Origin: Rubrivivax sp.
GTDB taxonomy: Bacteria > Pseudomonadota > Gammaproteobacteria > Burkholderiales > Burkholderiaceae_C
Reading direction: 5' to 3'
Length of the DNA: 64,000 nt
Assembly: GCA_021297985.1 (NCBI GenBank)
Contig: JAJTGU010000015.1
Location: forward strand, 1,083 to 65,082
Both the position numbers and the translations under genes were made by a program. Positions 45,488 through 54,826 of this stretch are shown in pieces (positions within the stretch are counted from its first letter, which is position 1; each line of letters begins with the position of its first letter). The notes under the pieces are model-generated. The model was given only the letters and a program-made list of their open reading frames with translations. It ran no database searches and was not told the origin of the DNA.

Positions 45488-46561
45488 CTGTTCAGCGGAT
45501 TGGCGGCCGCTGGCGCGGCAACTGTCGCCCCGGCCGCGGTGCTGCCCGACGACAAGGCCGAGGCGATGTTCCACGTCTACGACGGCGGCGGGGTCAAGGC
45601 CGACGGCCCGGCTTTCCTGGTGCGCAAGAAGCTCGGCGAGCGGGTGTCGCTGTCGGCGGGCTACTACATCGACGCGGTCAGCAATGCCTCGATCGACGTC
45701 GTCACCACGGCCAGTCCGTTCAAGGAGAAGCGCACCGCCTGGGATTTCGGCGCCGACTGGCTGGTCGGCAACAGCGTGCTGACGCTGTCGGGCTCGACCA
45801 GCCGCGAGCCCGACTACGAGGCCAACGCCGTCAATGCCGATGTCGCGGCCGATGTCTTCGGTGGCATGACGACGCTCTCGCTCGGCTTCACGCGCGGCAG
45901 CGACCGGGTCGGACGGACCGACCGCCGCGAGGTGTTCTTCGACGACGTGCGGCGCTGGCAGTACCGCGCCGGCGTGACCCAGATCCTGTCGCCGCGCTGG
46001 CTGATGAGCCTGAACGCCGAGGCGATCTCCGAAGACGGCTACCTCGGCAGTCCGTATCGCGCGGCGCGCGTGTTCGGCGCCTTCGTGCCCGAACGGCTGC
46101 CACGCACGCGCACCGGCCGGGCCGTCAAGCTGCGCAGCCTGGCCGAGGTGCTGCCCGACACCGCGCTGCGGATCGAGGCGCGCGCCTACTGGGACACGTG
46201 GGATGTTCGCGGCCGCACGATCGAGATCGCCGGCACGCGAAAGTTCGGCCCGCAGTGGCTGCTCGACGTCTCGCTGCGCAGCCACAAGCAGACGGCGGCG
46301 CTGTTCTACGCCGACAACGCCCAGGTCGACACCGTCTTCGTGACACGCAACCGGCAGTTGTCGGCCTTCAACTCGCTGGGCCTGGGCGCCAAGCTGACCT
46401 GGAAGCCGGCCGCCGCCTGGGCCGAGCGCTACGGCGTGCAGGTCACCGGCGTGTTCGAGCGCAAGCGTTTCCGCTTCCCCGAGTTCATCGACCTGCGCAA
46501 CCAGCGACCCTACGCGTACGACGCCAACGTCATGCAAGTGGTGCTGGCCGGCCGCTTCTAG
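45479..46561 (+). CDS. DUF3570 family protein (putative OM beta-barrel)
   Basis: FHVYDGGGVKADGPAFLVRKKL...YYIDAVSNASIDVVTTASP..., with terminal ...VVLAGRF. GTG 45479 gives signal MRGLFSGLAAAGAATVAPAA. The ORF-track GTG 45314 would add a repeat-encoded N-terminus. The start is uncertain. Confidence 0.8.
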   Translation: MRGLFSGLAAAGAATVAPAAVLPDDKAEAMFHVYDGGGVKADGPAFLVRKKLGERVSLSAGYYIDAVSNASIDVVTTASPFKEKRTAWDFGADWLVGNSVLTLSGSTSREPDYEANAVNADVAADVFGGMTTLSLGFTRGSDRVGRTDRREVFFDDVRRWQYRAGVTQILSPRWLMSLNAEAISEDGYLGSPYRAARVFGAFVPERLPRTRTGRAVKLRSLAEVLPDTALRIEARAYWDTWDVRGRTIEIAGTRKFGPQWLLDVSLRSHKQTAALFYADNAQVDTVFVTRNRQLSAFNSLGLGAKLTWKPAAAWAERYGVQVTGVFERKRFRFPEFIDLRNQRPYAYDANVMQVVLAGRF

Positions 46562-46585
46562 ATTTCGCACCCCGAGGACCTTGCC

Positions 46586-47341
46586 ATGCATGGCCTGCTC
46601 GACACCTCGTTCGACACCACGATCGGCGAGCCGCCCGAAAGCGGTCGCCGCCGAACCCACTGGCTGAGCCGGCTGCTGGGCGTTGCCCTCGCGGTGGCGA
46701 TGCTGCTGCCGCTGCTGCTGGCGCTCTGGGCCTTGCCGGCCGGTGCGCAGGACAAGCCCGTGGCGCCCGCGGCCCCTGCCGCTGCCGCCGCGTCTGCTCC
46801 TGCAAGCGCGGCCTCCGCGCCGGAAGTCGCGGCGAGCGTGGCGAGTGCCGCGAGCGTTGCGAGCGCTGCCGCACCCGCAACGCCGCCCCCACCCCCAGCG
46901 CCGCTGGAAACCCGCATCCAGCAGCTCAAGGCCGATCTGATCCAGCTCAACCGCGACCTGCTGATCCTCGAAGAGGAGCTGCTGTTCCCGGCCGGCACCC
47001 AGGTCGCGATCTTCGTGTCGATGGACGTCGGCCGGCTGTTCGAGCTGGAGTCGGTGCGGGTCGTGCTCGACGACAAGGTCGTCGCCCAGCATCTGTACTC
47101 ACCGCTCGAGGTTCAGGCCCTGCACCGCGGTGGCGTGCAGCGCCTGGTGCTGGCCAACGTGAAGAGCGGCGAGCACCGGATCGATGCGTTCTTCACCGGC
47201 CGCGGCCCGCACGAGCGCGACTACAAGCGCGGCACCACGGTCAAGTTCGACAAGGGCAGCGAGCCGCGCTACATCGAGCTGCGCATCCGCGACGTGCAGG
47301 CCAAGCTGCAGCCCGAGTTCGAGGTCAAGGTTTGGCAGTGA
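46586..47341 (+). CDS. membrane-anchored or secreted coiled-coil protein, unknown function
   Basis: TM or signal segment WLSRLLGVALAVAMLLPLLLALWALPAGA. Ala/Pro/Ser-rich linker. Coiled coil LETRIQQLKADLIQLNRDLLILEEELL. Beta-rich C-terminal domain. Confidence 0.75.
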   Translation: MHGLLDTSFDTTIGEPPESGRRRTHWLSRLLGVALAVAMLLPLLLALWALPAGAQDKPVAPAAPAAAAASAPASAASAPEVAASVASAASVASAAAPATPPPPPAPLETRIQQLKADLIQLNRDLLILEEELLFPAGTQVAIFVSMDVGRLFELESVRVVLDDKVVAQHLYSPLEVQALHRGGVQRLVLANVKSGEHRIDAFFTGRGPHERDYKRGTTVKFDKGSEPRYIELRIRDVQAKLQPEFEVKVWQ

Positions 47342-49260
47342 TGCGCATCTGGCGCTGTTCTCGCGGGTTCATCGTCGCGGCCATGGGGTCGCTGGCGAGC
47401 CTGGCCGGCGCGCAGACGCTGCCGGCGGTGGAAGTGCGCGCGCCGCACTGGGGCGAGGTGCTGTTCCAGCACCACCAGGAACGCACGCTGGACACGCTGA
47501 TGGCGATCGGCGTGTCGCAGAACTTCGCCCGCCTGGCGCCGCACGCCGCCGAGGCCGAGCTGCTGCGGGGCGGCGTGCTGCTGGCCTGGGGCCAGCACGA
47601 CGACGCGGCCGCGGTCTTCGAGCGTGTGCTCGCCGATCCGGCCCTTCAGGCGGTGCACGACCGCGCCTGGTACCACCTCGCGCGGGTGCGTCACGAGCGC
47701 GGCGAGACGGCGGCGGCCGAAGCCGCGCTCGCGCGCATCGGCAGCCGCGAGCTGGCCAAGCCGCTGCAGATCGAACGGGTGCTGCTCGGCGCGCAATTGC
47801 GGCTCCTGCAGGGCGACGCCACCGGTTCGGCCGCGATCCTGAACACCTTGCCGCCCGGCGCTCCGACCGAAGCGACGCTGACGGCGCGCTTCAACCTCGG
47901 CGTCGCGCTGCTGCGCCAAGGTGACCGCGAAGGCGCGATCCGCTGGCTGCAGCTGGTGGGGCTGCACGGCCCGGCGCGCAACGACGAAGAGAAGGCCCTG
48001 CGCGACCGCGCCAACCTGGCGCTTGGCCTCGTTGCGCTGCGGGCCGGCGAGGGCACTGCGGCGGAGCTGGCGCTGAACCGAATCCGGCTGCAGGGGCCCG
48101 AGGCCGGGCGCGCGCTGCTGGCCCTGGGCTGGGCGCAGACGGTCGCCGGCCGGCCGCGCCAGGCGCTGGTGGCCTGGCGCACGCTGCTGTCGCCGGCGGG
48201 CTCGCCGGCCGTCGGCGACGGTGCCGTGCTCGAGGCCCACATCGCGCTGCCGCACGCACTGGCCGACCTGGGCGCGCCGACCCAGGCGCTGTCCGCCTAC
48301 GAGCAGGCCATCGCGCACTACGACCGCGAGCAGGGCGCACTGGCCAGCGCCGCCAAGGCGGTGGCCGACGGCAGCTTCATTCAGGCGCTGCTGGCGGCCA
48401 ACGCCGCGCCCGCGCTGCACGCCTGGGCCAGCGCGAGTGCATTGCCCGCGTCGCCGCCGCCGTACGCCGCGCAGCTGGCGCCGCTGATCGCCGAACACGC
48501 CTTCCAGGCCGGCTGGCGCCACCTGCGCGACCTGCGCCACTTCGATGGCCGCCTGGTCGATGCAAAAGCCCAACTCCAGATCTACGTGACCATGCTCGAC
48601 GAGCGGCGCGGCGCCTTCGAGCGCAAGCTGTCGCCCACGCGCGAGGCCGCCGCAGCGCGCTCGCCGGCACCGCTGCGCGAACGGCTCGCCGCGCTGAAGG
48701 TTGAACTCGACCGCGCCCAGGCCGAAGGCGACTGGGCCATGCTCGCCGACGCGCCGCTGCGTGCCTATGGCGAGCGCATCGAACGGTCACGCCGCACGCT
48801 GGCCGCGGCCGAACTGCCGCTGGACGCCGCGGCGCGGGACGAACTCACCGAGCGGCTGCGCCGAGCCGAAGGCGCGTGGACCTTTGCGCTGGCGCAGGGC
48901 CATGCCGATCGCGCCTGGCAGGCCACGAAGGCGCTGCGCGACGGCGAGCGCCAGCTCGTCGAGGCCGAGCGTCGCGACGCGTCTCTGGCGGCGGCCCAGG
49001 TCGACGAGCCCCGGCGGCTGGCCGCGCTGGCCGCGCGCATTGCCGCGCTGCAAACCCGCATCGACGGCCTTCAACCGAGGCTGGTCGCGCTGGCCAGCGA
49101 GCAGCAGGCGGTGCTGCAGACGGCACTCGGCGCCGAGATCGCGCAGCTCCAGGACAAGCTCGGTGGCTGGGCGCTGCAAGCCCGGTTTGCCAGCGCCCAG
49201 CTGCTCGACCAGGCGCAGCAGGCGCAGGCGGCCGGCAGCCCTGCGGGGAGCTTGCGGTGA
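47341..49260 (+). CDS. secreted TPR + long coiled-coil protein
   Basis: The ATG shares one nt with the upstream TGA. Signal MRIWRCSRGFIVAAMGSLASLAGAQ. TPR-like helical pairs are followed by an Ala/Leu/Arg/Gln-rich coiled coil. The 5' 1.9 kb of ORF 45430..49260 is shadow. Confidence 0.8.
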   Translation: MRIWRCSRGFIVAAMGSLASLAGAQTLPAVEVRAPHWGEVLFQHHQERTLDTLMAIGVSQNFARLAPHAAEAELLRGGVLLAWGQHDDAAAVFERVLADPALQAVHDRAWYHLARVRHERGETAAAEAALARIGSRELAKPLQIERVLLGAQLRLLQGDATGSAAILNTLPPGAPTEATLTARFNLGVALLRQGDREGAIRWLQLVGLHGPARNDEEKALRDRANLALGLVALRAGEGTAAELALNRIRLQGPEAGRALLALGWAQTVAGRPRQALVAWRTLLSPAGSPAVGDGAVLEAHIALPHALADLGAPTQALSAYEQAIAHYDREQGALASAAKAVADGSFIQALLAANAAPALHAWASASALPASPPPYAAQLAPLIAEHAFQAGWRHLRDLRHFDGRLVDAKAQLQIYVTMLDERRGAFERKLSPTREAAAARSPAPLRERLAALKVELDRAQAEGDWAMLADAPLRAYGERIERSRRTLAAAELPLDAAARDELTERLRRAEGAWTFALAQGHADRAWQATKALRDGERQLVEAERRDASLAAAQVDEPRRLAALAARIAALQTRIDGLQPRLVALASEQQAVLQTALGAEIAQLQDKLGGWALQARFASAQLLDQAQQAQAAGSPAGSLR

Positions 49261-52200
49261 CCCGTCGGCCCTTTGCTGCGCGGCGCACGCCGGCTCTTCT
49301 GGTCCTGGCCGCCACGGTGGCGGCGCTGCCCGGCTGCGGCCTGTTTCGCAGCAGCGAGCTCAAGCGGGCCGAGGCCACCGACACCGCGCCGACGCTGGCC
49401 TCGCTGGGCCAGCATGGCTCGACGGTGCTGCCCGACACGCGACTGCCGGTCACGCCGGCCAGCGAGGCCGCCGCCATCGCCGCCTGGCAGTCCTACCTGA
49501 AGGCCGCACCGGCCACCCCGGCAGAAGCTGCACGCCGCGCCGAGGCGCTGCGCCGCCTGGGCGACCTGGGCATGCTGCAGGCCGATCGCAAGGCGGCCGA
49601 GGCGCCGACGGTGGCCGCCGCCCCGGCCGCGTCACCCAGCCCCAGCCCTGCCGTGGTCGCAGCCGCCGCCGGGCCTGCAGCCGACGAACCCGACTACCGC
49701 GCCGCCGCCGCGCGCTACGAGGAGCGGCTGCGCCTGTTCCCTGGCGCGCCAGGTGAAGACACCGTGTTGTACCAGCTGGCGCGGGCCCAGGAGCAGGCGG
49801 CGTCGCTGCCCGGTGCGCCGGCCAATGCCCTGGACGTGCCGCTGGCCACGCTGACCCGCCTGGTCCAGCAGCACCCCGGCAGCGTGCATGCCGAAGAGGC
49901 GCAGTTCCGCCGTGGCGAGATCCTGTTCTCCAGCAGCCGCTGGGCGCAGGCCGAACGTGCTTACGCCGCGGTGCTGGCAACCACCGCGACGCAGCCGACC
50001 CGCGAGCCGTCGCCCCTGCGCGAACGGGCGCTCTACATGCAGGGCTGGTCGCTCTACAAGAGCAACCGCAGCGAAGAAGGCCTGCAGCCCTTCATGACCG
50101 TACTCGACCGGCTGATCGGCAGCGCGCCCGAGGCCGGCCGCGACCCGAGCCAGGACCCGGTGGCCGCCGCGCTGCCGGCACCGGCCAGTGCCGCGGCCGA
50201 CCCCTTGTCGCGTGCCGAGCGCGAGTTGCTGGCCGACACGCTGCGCATCGTCGGCATCACCCTGGCCGGGCTGCAGGGCACGAACAGCATCGCGCCTCTG
50301 GTGACGACGCCGATGCGCCGCGGCTACGAACACCGCCTGCACCAGGAGCTTGCGGCCTTGTACCTGCGCCAGGAGCGTGTCAAGGACGCGACCGACACCT
50401 TGACCGCCTTTGCCGCCGCGCAGCCGCTGCACCCGCAAGCGCCGGCGATGCTGTCGCAGAGCATCGCGGTGCTCGAGGCGGCGGGCTTCCAGACCCCGGC
50501 GCTGGCGGCCAAGCGCGACTTCGTGGCCCGCTACGGCGCCGGCAGCGCACTGCGCCAGCCGCACCCGGAGGTCTGGACCCAGGCCCAGCCGCTGGTCAAG
50601 GCGCACCTGCTGACGCTGGCCCGCCACCACCACGCCACGGCGCAGCAGACCGCGGGGGGGCCGAAGGCCGCCGCCGCAGCCGACGATGTCGCCCAGGCAC
50701 GGCGCTGGTACGGCGAGTTCATCGCGTCGTACCCGCAGGATGCGGCCACCCCGGGTCAGCACTTCCTGCTGGCCGAGCTGCTGCAGGACGCCGGCGCGGC
50801 GGCCGAGGCGGCGGTCGCGTTCGAGCAGGTCGCCTACCGCTACCCCAGCCATGCCCGCAGTGCCGATGCCGGCTACGCCGCGCTGCTGCTCGCACCGGCT
50901 GGCGACGCCGCCGGCCAGCGCCGTTTCGCCGAGCAGGCGGACCGCTTCGCCCAGACCTTCGAGCGCGACGGCCGCGCCGCCAGCGTGCTGGTCCGTGCCG
51001 CCGAGCTGCGCCTGGGCCTGGGCGACGCCACTGCGGCCACCACCACCGCCAAGGCGGCACTGGCCCGCGGTGGTGCCAGCGCAGCCGAGCAGCGCACCGC
51101 CTGGACGACCATCGCCCAGGCCGCGTTCGACGGCCGCGCCTACGCCGACGCCGAGGCCGCCTACACCGCGGCGCTGGCGGTCAATGTCACCGCCGTTGCG
51201 GGTGCTGCGGGTGCTGCCGGCGCTGCCGCTGCCGCGGGTCCCACCGCCTTGGGCGAACGCCGCGCGGCTGCCGTCTACCAGCAGGGCGACGAGGCCCGCC
51301 GCGCCAACCGCCTGAACGACGCGCTGGTGCACTTCGAGCGCCTGGCCGGCCTGACGCAGGACAGCACGCTGCTGGCGACCGCGGCCTTCGACGCCGCCAG
51401 CACCCGCGTCGCCTTGCGCGACTGGCCGGGCGCGGCCACGGCGCTGGTGGCCTTCCGCGAGCGTCACCGTGGCTCGCCCCTGGTGGCGCGCGTCACACCG
51501 CTGCTGGCCAATGCCTGGCTGCAGCAGGAGCGCTGGCTGCCCGCGGCGCAGGAGTTCGAGCGCCTGGCCGCTGAAGCCAGCGGCCCCGACGGCCCCGATC
51601 AGCGCCGGGCCGCGTTGTTCCAGGCCGCGACGCTGCACCAGCGCACGCTCGACGGCCTGAGCCGCCGCGGCCTGCTGCTGAGTTCGCAGACTGCGGTGAC
51701 GCAGCGCGCCTGGGAGCGTGTCCTGCGCGAGCCCGGCACGCCGGCGACGACCGCGACCCAGGTGCGCTGGGCACTGGCCGATCTGGCCGCCCGGCAAGGC
51801 GATGCGCCGCGTGAGCAGCAACTGCTGCAGGCGCTGCGTCGCGCCGAGGCTGCTGCGCCCGAGGCCGAGCGCAGCAGCGTCAGTCGCGATCTGGCGGCGC
51901 TGGCCACCATCCGCCTGGCCGAACCGCTGGCCGCCAGCTACCGACGCATCCCGCTGTCCGAACCGCTGCAACGCCAGTTCAAGCGCAAGAAGGCGGCACT
52001 GGACGAGGTGCTGGCGGCGTACCGACAAGCCGCCGACCTGGGCAGCAGTGGCGCGGTCAGCGCGGCCACCTTCCACACCGCGGCGCTGGTGCAGGACTTC
52101 GGCCAGGCCTTGATCAAGAGCGAGCGCCCGCGCCAGCTGAAGGGTGCAGCCCTGGAGCAGTACACCGTGATGCTGGAGGAACAGGCCTTCCCGTTCGAGG

Positions 52201-52358
52201 AACAGGCCATCGGCCTGCACGAGGCCAACGCCGCCCGTGCCCGCCAGGCCGGTGCCGACGAGTGGATGCGCAGGAGCCTGACCGAGCTCGCGCGGCTGAA
52301 GCCCGGCCGCTGGGCGCGCAACGAGATCGTCGAGGAGGTGATCGATGTCGCGCGCTGA
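49257..52358 (+). CDS. large TPR-repeat lipoprotein (1033 aa)
   Basis: The GTG start overlaps the upstream stop (GTGA). Lipobox LAATVAALPGC. TPR-like repeats run throughout. Confidence 0.8.
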   Translation: MTRRPFAARRTPALLVLAATVAALPGCGLFRSSELKRAEATDTAPTLASLGQHGSTVLPDTRLPVTPASEAAAIAAWQSYLKAAPATPAEAARRAEALRRLGDLGMLQADRKAAEAPTVAAAPAASPSPSPAVVAAAAGPAADEPDYRAAAARYEERLRLFPGAPGEDTVLYQLARAQEQAASLPGAPANALDVPLATLTRLVQQHPGSVHAEEAQFRRGEILFSSSRWAQAERAYAAVLATTATQPTREPSPLRERALYMQGWSLYKSNRSEEGLQPFMTVLDRLIGSAPEAGRDPSQDPVAAALPAPASAAADPLSRAERELLADTLRIVGITLAGLQGTNSIAPLVTTPMRRGYEHRLHQELAALYLRQERVKDATDTLTAFAAAQPLHPQAPAMLSQSIAVLEAAGFQTPALAAKRDFVARYGAGSALRQPHPEVWTQAQPLVKAHLLTLARHHHATAQQTAGGPKAAAAADDVAQARRWYGEFIASYPQDAATPGQHFLLAELLQDAGAAAEAAVAFEQVAYRYPSHARSADAGYAALLLAPAGDAAGQRRFAEQADRFAQTFERDGRAASVLVRAAELRLGLGDATAATTTAKAALARGGASAAEQRTAWTTIAQAAFDGRAYADAEAAYTAALAVNVTAVAGAAGAAGAAAAAGPTALGERRAAAVYQQGDEARRANRLNDALVHFERLAGLTQDSTLLATAAFDAASTRVALRDWPGAATALVAFRERHRGSPLVARVTPLLANAWLQQERWLPAAQEFERLAAEASGPDGPDQRRAALFQAATLHQRTLDGLSRRGLLLSSQTAVTQRAWERVLREPGTPATTATQVRWALADLAARQGDAPREQQLLQALRRAEAAAPEAERSSVSRDLAALATIRLAEPLAASYRRIPLSEPLQRQFKRKKAALDEVLAAYRQAADLGSSGAVSAATFHTAALVQDFGQALIKSERPRQLKGAALEQYTVMLEEQAFPFEEQAIGLHEANAARARQAGADEWMRRSLTELARLKPGRWARNEIVEEVIDVAR

Positions 52359-52398
52359 TTCGCCCTCGCAGGCCATCGCGCAGGCCATCGCTCAGGTG

Positions 52399-53157
52399 AT
52401 GCGCCGCGGCATCGTCGCTTTCGCGGTGGGCATGCTGGGCCTGTTCGCGGGTTGCGCGATGTTCGCCAAGCCGGCTGCGCCGCCGCCGGCCGCGGTGGCG
52501 GCAGTCTCGGCTCCCGCGCCCGCGGCATCGGCGCCGGACATCGCCCGCATCGTCGCGGCCTTGCCCGAGCCCGAACCCCGCGCAGCACCGGCGCAGGCCA
52601 GCCCCGGCGCCGAGCCCCAGCAGCCACCGCCGGCGCCGCCATTGCCACCGTTGCCGGCGGCCGTGCAGCAGGCCTTTGCTGCGGCCGTGACGTTGCAACG
52701 TGCCGGCCGTGCCGACGAGGCCGCATCGGCCTGGAAGGCCCTGCTGCGCGAGCAACCCGAGTTGGCCGGCGCACACGCCAACCTCGGCCTGCTGCACCGC
52801 AAGGCCGGACGCCTCGACGAGGCCATCGTGGCGCTCGAGCGCGCGGTGCAACTGAGCCCGCGGCAGGCGGCTTTCAGCAACCAGTTCGGCATCGCGCTGC
52901 GCCAGGCCGGTCGGTTCGCCCAGGCCCGCCAGGCCTATGAACAAGGCCTGGCGGCGCAGCCCGAGCACGCGGCCAGCCACTTCAATCTGGCGATCCTGCT
53001 GGACCTGTACCTCGGCGACCGCGACGCGGCACTGACGCACTACCAGCGGGCCCAGGTCCTGCTGCCCGAGCAGGCGCCGCAGGTCCAGCGCTGGGTCGCG
53101 GAGCTGAAGAACCGCAAACCCGACGCGCCGCTCGCGTTGCGCAAGGAGAAGGAGTGA
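52399..53157 (+). CDS. TPR-repeat lipoprotein
   Basis: MRRGIVAFAVGMLGLFAGC signal plus lipobox; ATG 52345 is an alternative start. Pro-rich linker. Three or four TPRs (AGRADEAASAWKALL..., AGRLDEAIVALERAV..., AGRFAQARQAYEQGL...). Confidence 0.8.
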   Translation: MRRGIVAFAVGMLGLFAGCAMFAKPAAPPPAAVAAVSAPAPAASAPDIARIVAALPEPEPRAAPAQASPGAEPQQPPPAPPLPPLPAAVQQAFAAAVTLQRAGRADEAASAWKALLREQPELAGAHANLGLLHRKAGRLDEAIVALERAVQLSPRQAAFSNQFGIALRQAGRFAQARQAYEQGLAAQPEHAASHFNLAILLDLYLGDRDAALTHYQRAQVLLPEQAPQVQRWVAELKNRKPDAPLALRKEKE

Positions 53158-53555
53158 TGGTGTCGCTGCCCTTCACCCCACACGCCCTCGGTGTGGCCTG
53201 TCTGGTGTTCGCGACCGGTGCATTGGCACAGACGCGGACCGCGCGTCCTGCCGCCGCCGCGCCGTCGGCTCCTGTGGCGGCCGTGGCTGGGGCCGCGTCC
53301 GCTGCCGAACCCGCGTCGCCCGACCGCGCCGAGCTCGAACGCACCCAGATCACCGGCAGCCGCGAGCTGCCCAAGGTGCTGTACATCGTGCCCTGGAAGA
53401 AGCCGCCACCCGGCCAGCCCATCGCGCGGCCCGAGCGCAGCGTGATCGATGACGCGTTGTTGCCCATCGAGCGCGCGGTGCTGCAACGCCAGATCGGATA
53501 TCACCGGCAACTCGCCACACCGGCCGCCGGCGGCACCGCTGCACTGCGGCCCTGA
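53154..53555 (+). CDS. small secreted protein, unknown function
   Basis: ATGA overlap. Signal MMVSLPFTPHALGVACLVFATGALA. Conserved-looking ELPKVLYIVPWKKP block. Confidence 0.7.
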   Translation: MMVSLPFTPHALGVACLVFATGALAQTRTARPAAAAPSAPVAAVAGAASAAEPASPDRAELERTQITGSRELPKVLYIVPWKKPPPGQPIARPERSVIDDALLPIERAVLQRQIGYHRQLATPAAGGTAALRP

Positions 53556-53620
53556 GTCCACGTTCCGCCCCATTCCGAACCTCTACCAAACGCTGCCCGA
53601 AAGCCCATCGAAAGCCTGCC

Positions 53621-54280
53621 ATGAACACGCTGCAAACCGTCATCAAGTTCTTCCAGGACTGCGGACCCTTTCTCTACCCCAGCCTGATCCTGATGACCCT
53701 GGGCCTGGCGATCGCCATCGAGCGCTGGATCTTCCTGCGCCGCGCGCGCAGCGAGAACCGCGAGCTGTGGGACCGCATGCTGCCGCTGCTGCAAGGGGGC
53801 AAGCTCGACGAGGTCGGCAAGCTCGCGTCGGCCAGCCCGGCCGCGGTCGGCCGCATCGTCGCCAACGGCCTCGAGCGGCTGCCCAGCGCCCGCAAGCGCG
53901 AGGACATCGACGCCGCGATGGAAGAAGGAATGATGGAGATCGTGCCGCGCCTTGAGAAGCGCACCCACTACATCGCCACCTTCGCCAACGTCGTCACCCT
54001 GGTCGGCCTGCTGGGCACCATCATCGGGCTGATCAAGGGCTTCACGGCGGTGGCGTCGGTCAACCCGGCCGAAAAGGCCGAGATGCTGTCGGCCAGCATC
54101 TCGATCGCGATGAACAACACCGCGTTTGCGCTGATGGTCGCGATCCCCTTCCTGCTGATACACGCCTTCCTGCAGGCCCGCGCGAGCGAGATCGTCGACA
54201 GCCTCGAAGCCGCCAAGATCACCTTCCTGAACCTGGTGCAGCGCCTGGCGGCGGAGCGTCAGCAGCCGACCGCCCGTTGA
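53621..54280 (+). CDS. MotA/TolQ/ExbB proton-channel family protein
   Basis: Three TM helices and TLVGLLGTIIGLIKGF...AMNNTAFALMVAIPFLLIH, typical of ExbB/TolQ. Confidence 0.92.
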   Translation: MNTLQTVIKFFQDCGPFLYPSLILMTLGLAIAIERWIFLRRARSENRELWDRMLPLLQGGKLDEVGKLASASPAAVGRIVANGLERLPSARKREDIDAAMEEGMMEIVPRLEKRTHYIATFANVVTLVGLLGTIIGLIKGFTAVASVNPAEKAEMLSASISIAMNNTAFALMVAIPFLLIHAFLQARASEIVDSLEAAKITFLNLVQRLAAERQQPTAR

Positions 54281-54317
54281 TCGGCGTGTCGACCGCCCAC
54301 CCGAACCGACCCGCGCC

Positions 54318-54821
54318 ATGAAACGCAGACGCTTGAAGCGAACCGCCGCGCATCTGGAGATCACGGCGTTCATCAACCTGATCGTCGTGCTCGTGCCCTT
54401 CTTGCTGTCCACCGCGGTGTTCTCGCGCCTGGCGGTGATGGAGCTGAAGCTGCCCGCACCCAGCACCGCCGAAGGCCCGCTCGCGGCCGAAGACCTGAAG
54501 CTCGAGGTCGTGATCCGCAAGAACAGCTTTGAAGTCGGCGACCGCATCGGCGGCCTGTTCGCGACCGTGCAGCGCACGGCCACGGGCGGCGATGCCGCGG
54601 CGTTGAAGGAGCTGAACGGCGTGCTCGTGCAGGTCAAGGCGCGCTGGCCGCAGGCCCGCGAGGCGACCGTGCTGTCCGAGCCCGACACGCCTTACGACCA
54701 CGTCGTGCAGGTGATGGAGCAGCTGCGCAGCACCGTCACCGTGCACGAGGGTAAGCCGATGCGGGCCGAGCTGTTCCCGCTGATCGCGGTCGGCGACGCG
54801 CCGCTGCGCGCCAGGAGCTGA
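54318..54821 (+). CDS. ExbD/TolR family biopolymer transport protein (paralogue 1)
   Basis: N-terminal basic segment plus TM (LEITAFINLIVVLVPFLL). Periplasmic ExbD-like domain. Confidence 0.9.
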   Translation: MKRRRLKRTAAHLEITAFINLIVVLVPFLLSTAVFSRLAVMELKLPAPSTAEGPLAAEDLKLEVVIRKNSFEVGDRIGGLFATVQRTATGGDAAALKELNGVLVQVKARWPQAREATVLSEPDTPYDHVVQVMEQLRSTVTVHEGKPMRAELFPLIAVGDAPLRARS

Positions 54822-54826
54822 TCGCC

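Noticed and set aside
38125-46561. ApbE flavinylation motif in cluster proteins (LSGSTS in DUF3570, TSSGAMS in the propeller protein, DNASGTG in the small lipoprotein)
   Set aside because: None has the full D-x-x-[ST]-G-A-[ST] pattern with the conserved Asp. They are recorded as weak matches only.
45430-47340. First about 637 codons of ORF 45430..49260
   Set aside because: It is an out-of-frame overlap of DUF3570 and the coiled-coil gene with Arg/Gly/Pro-rich translation. The real TPR gene starts at ATG 47341.
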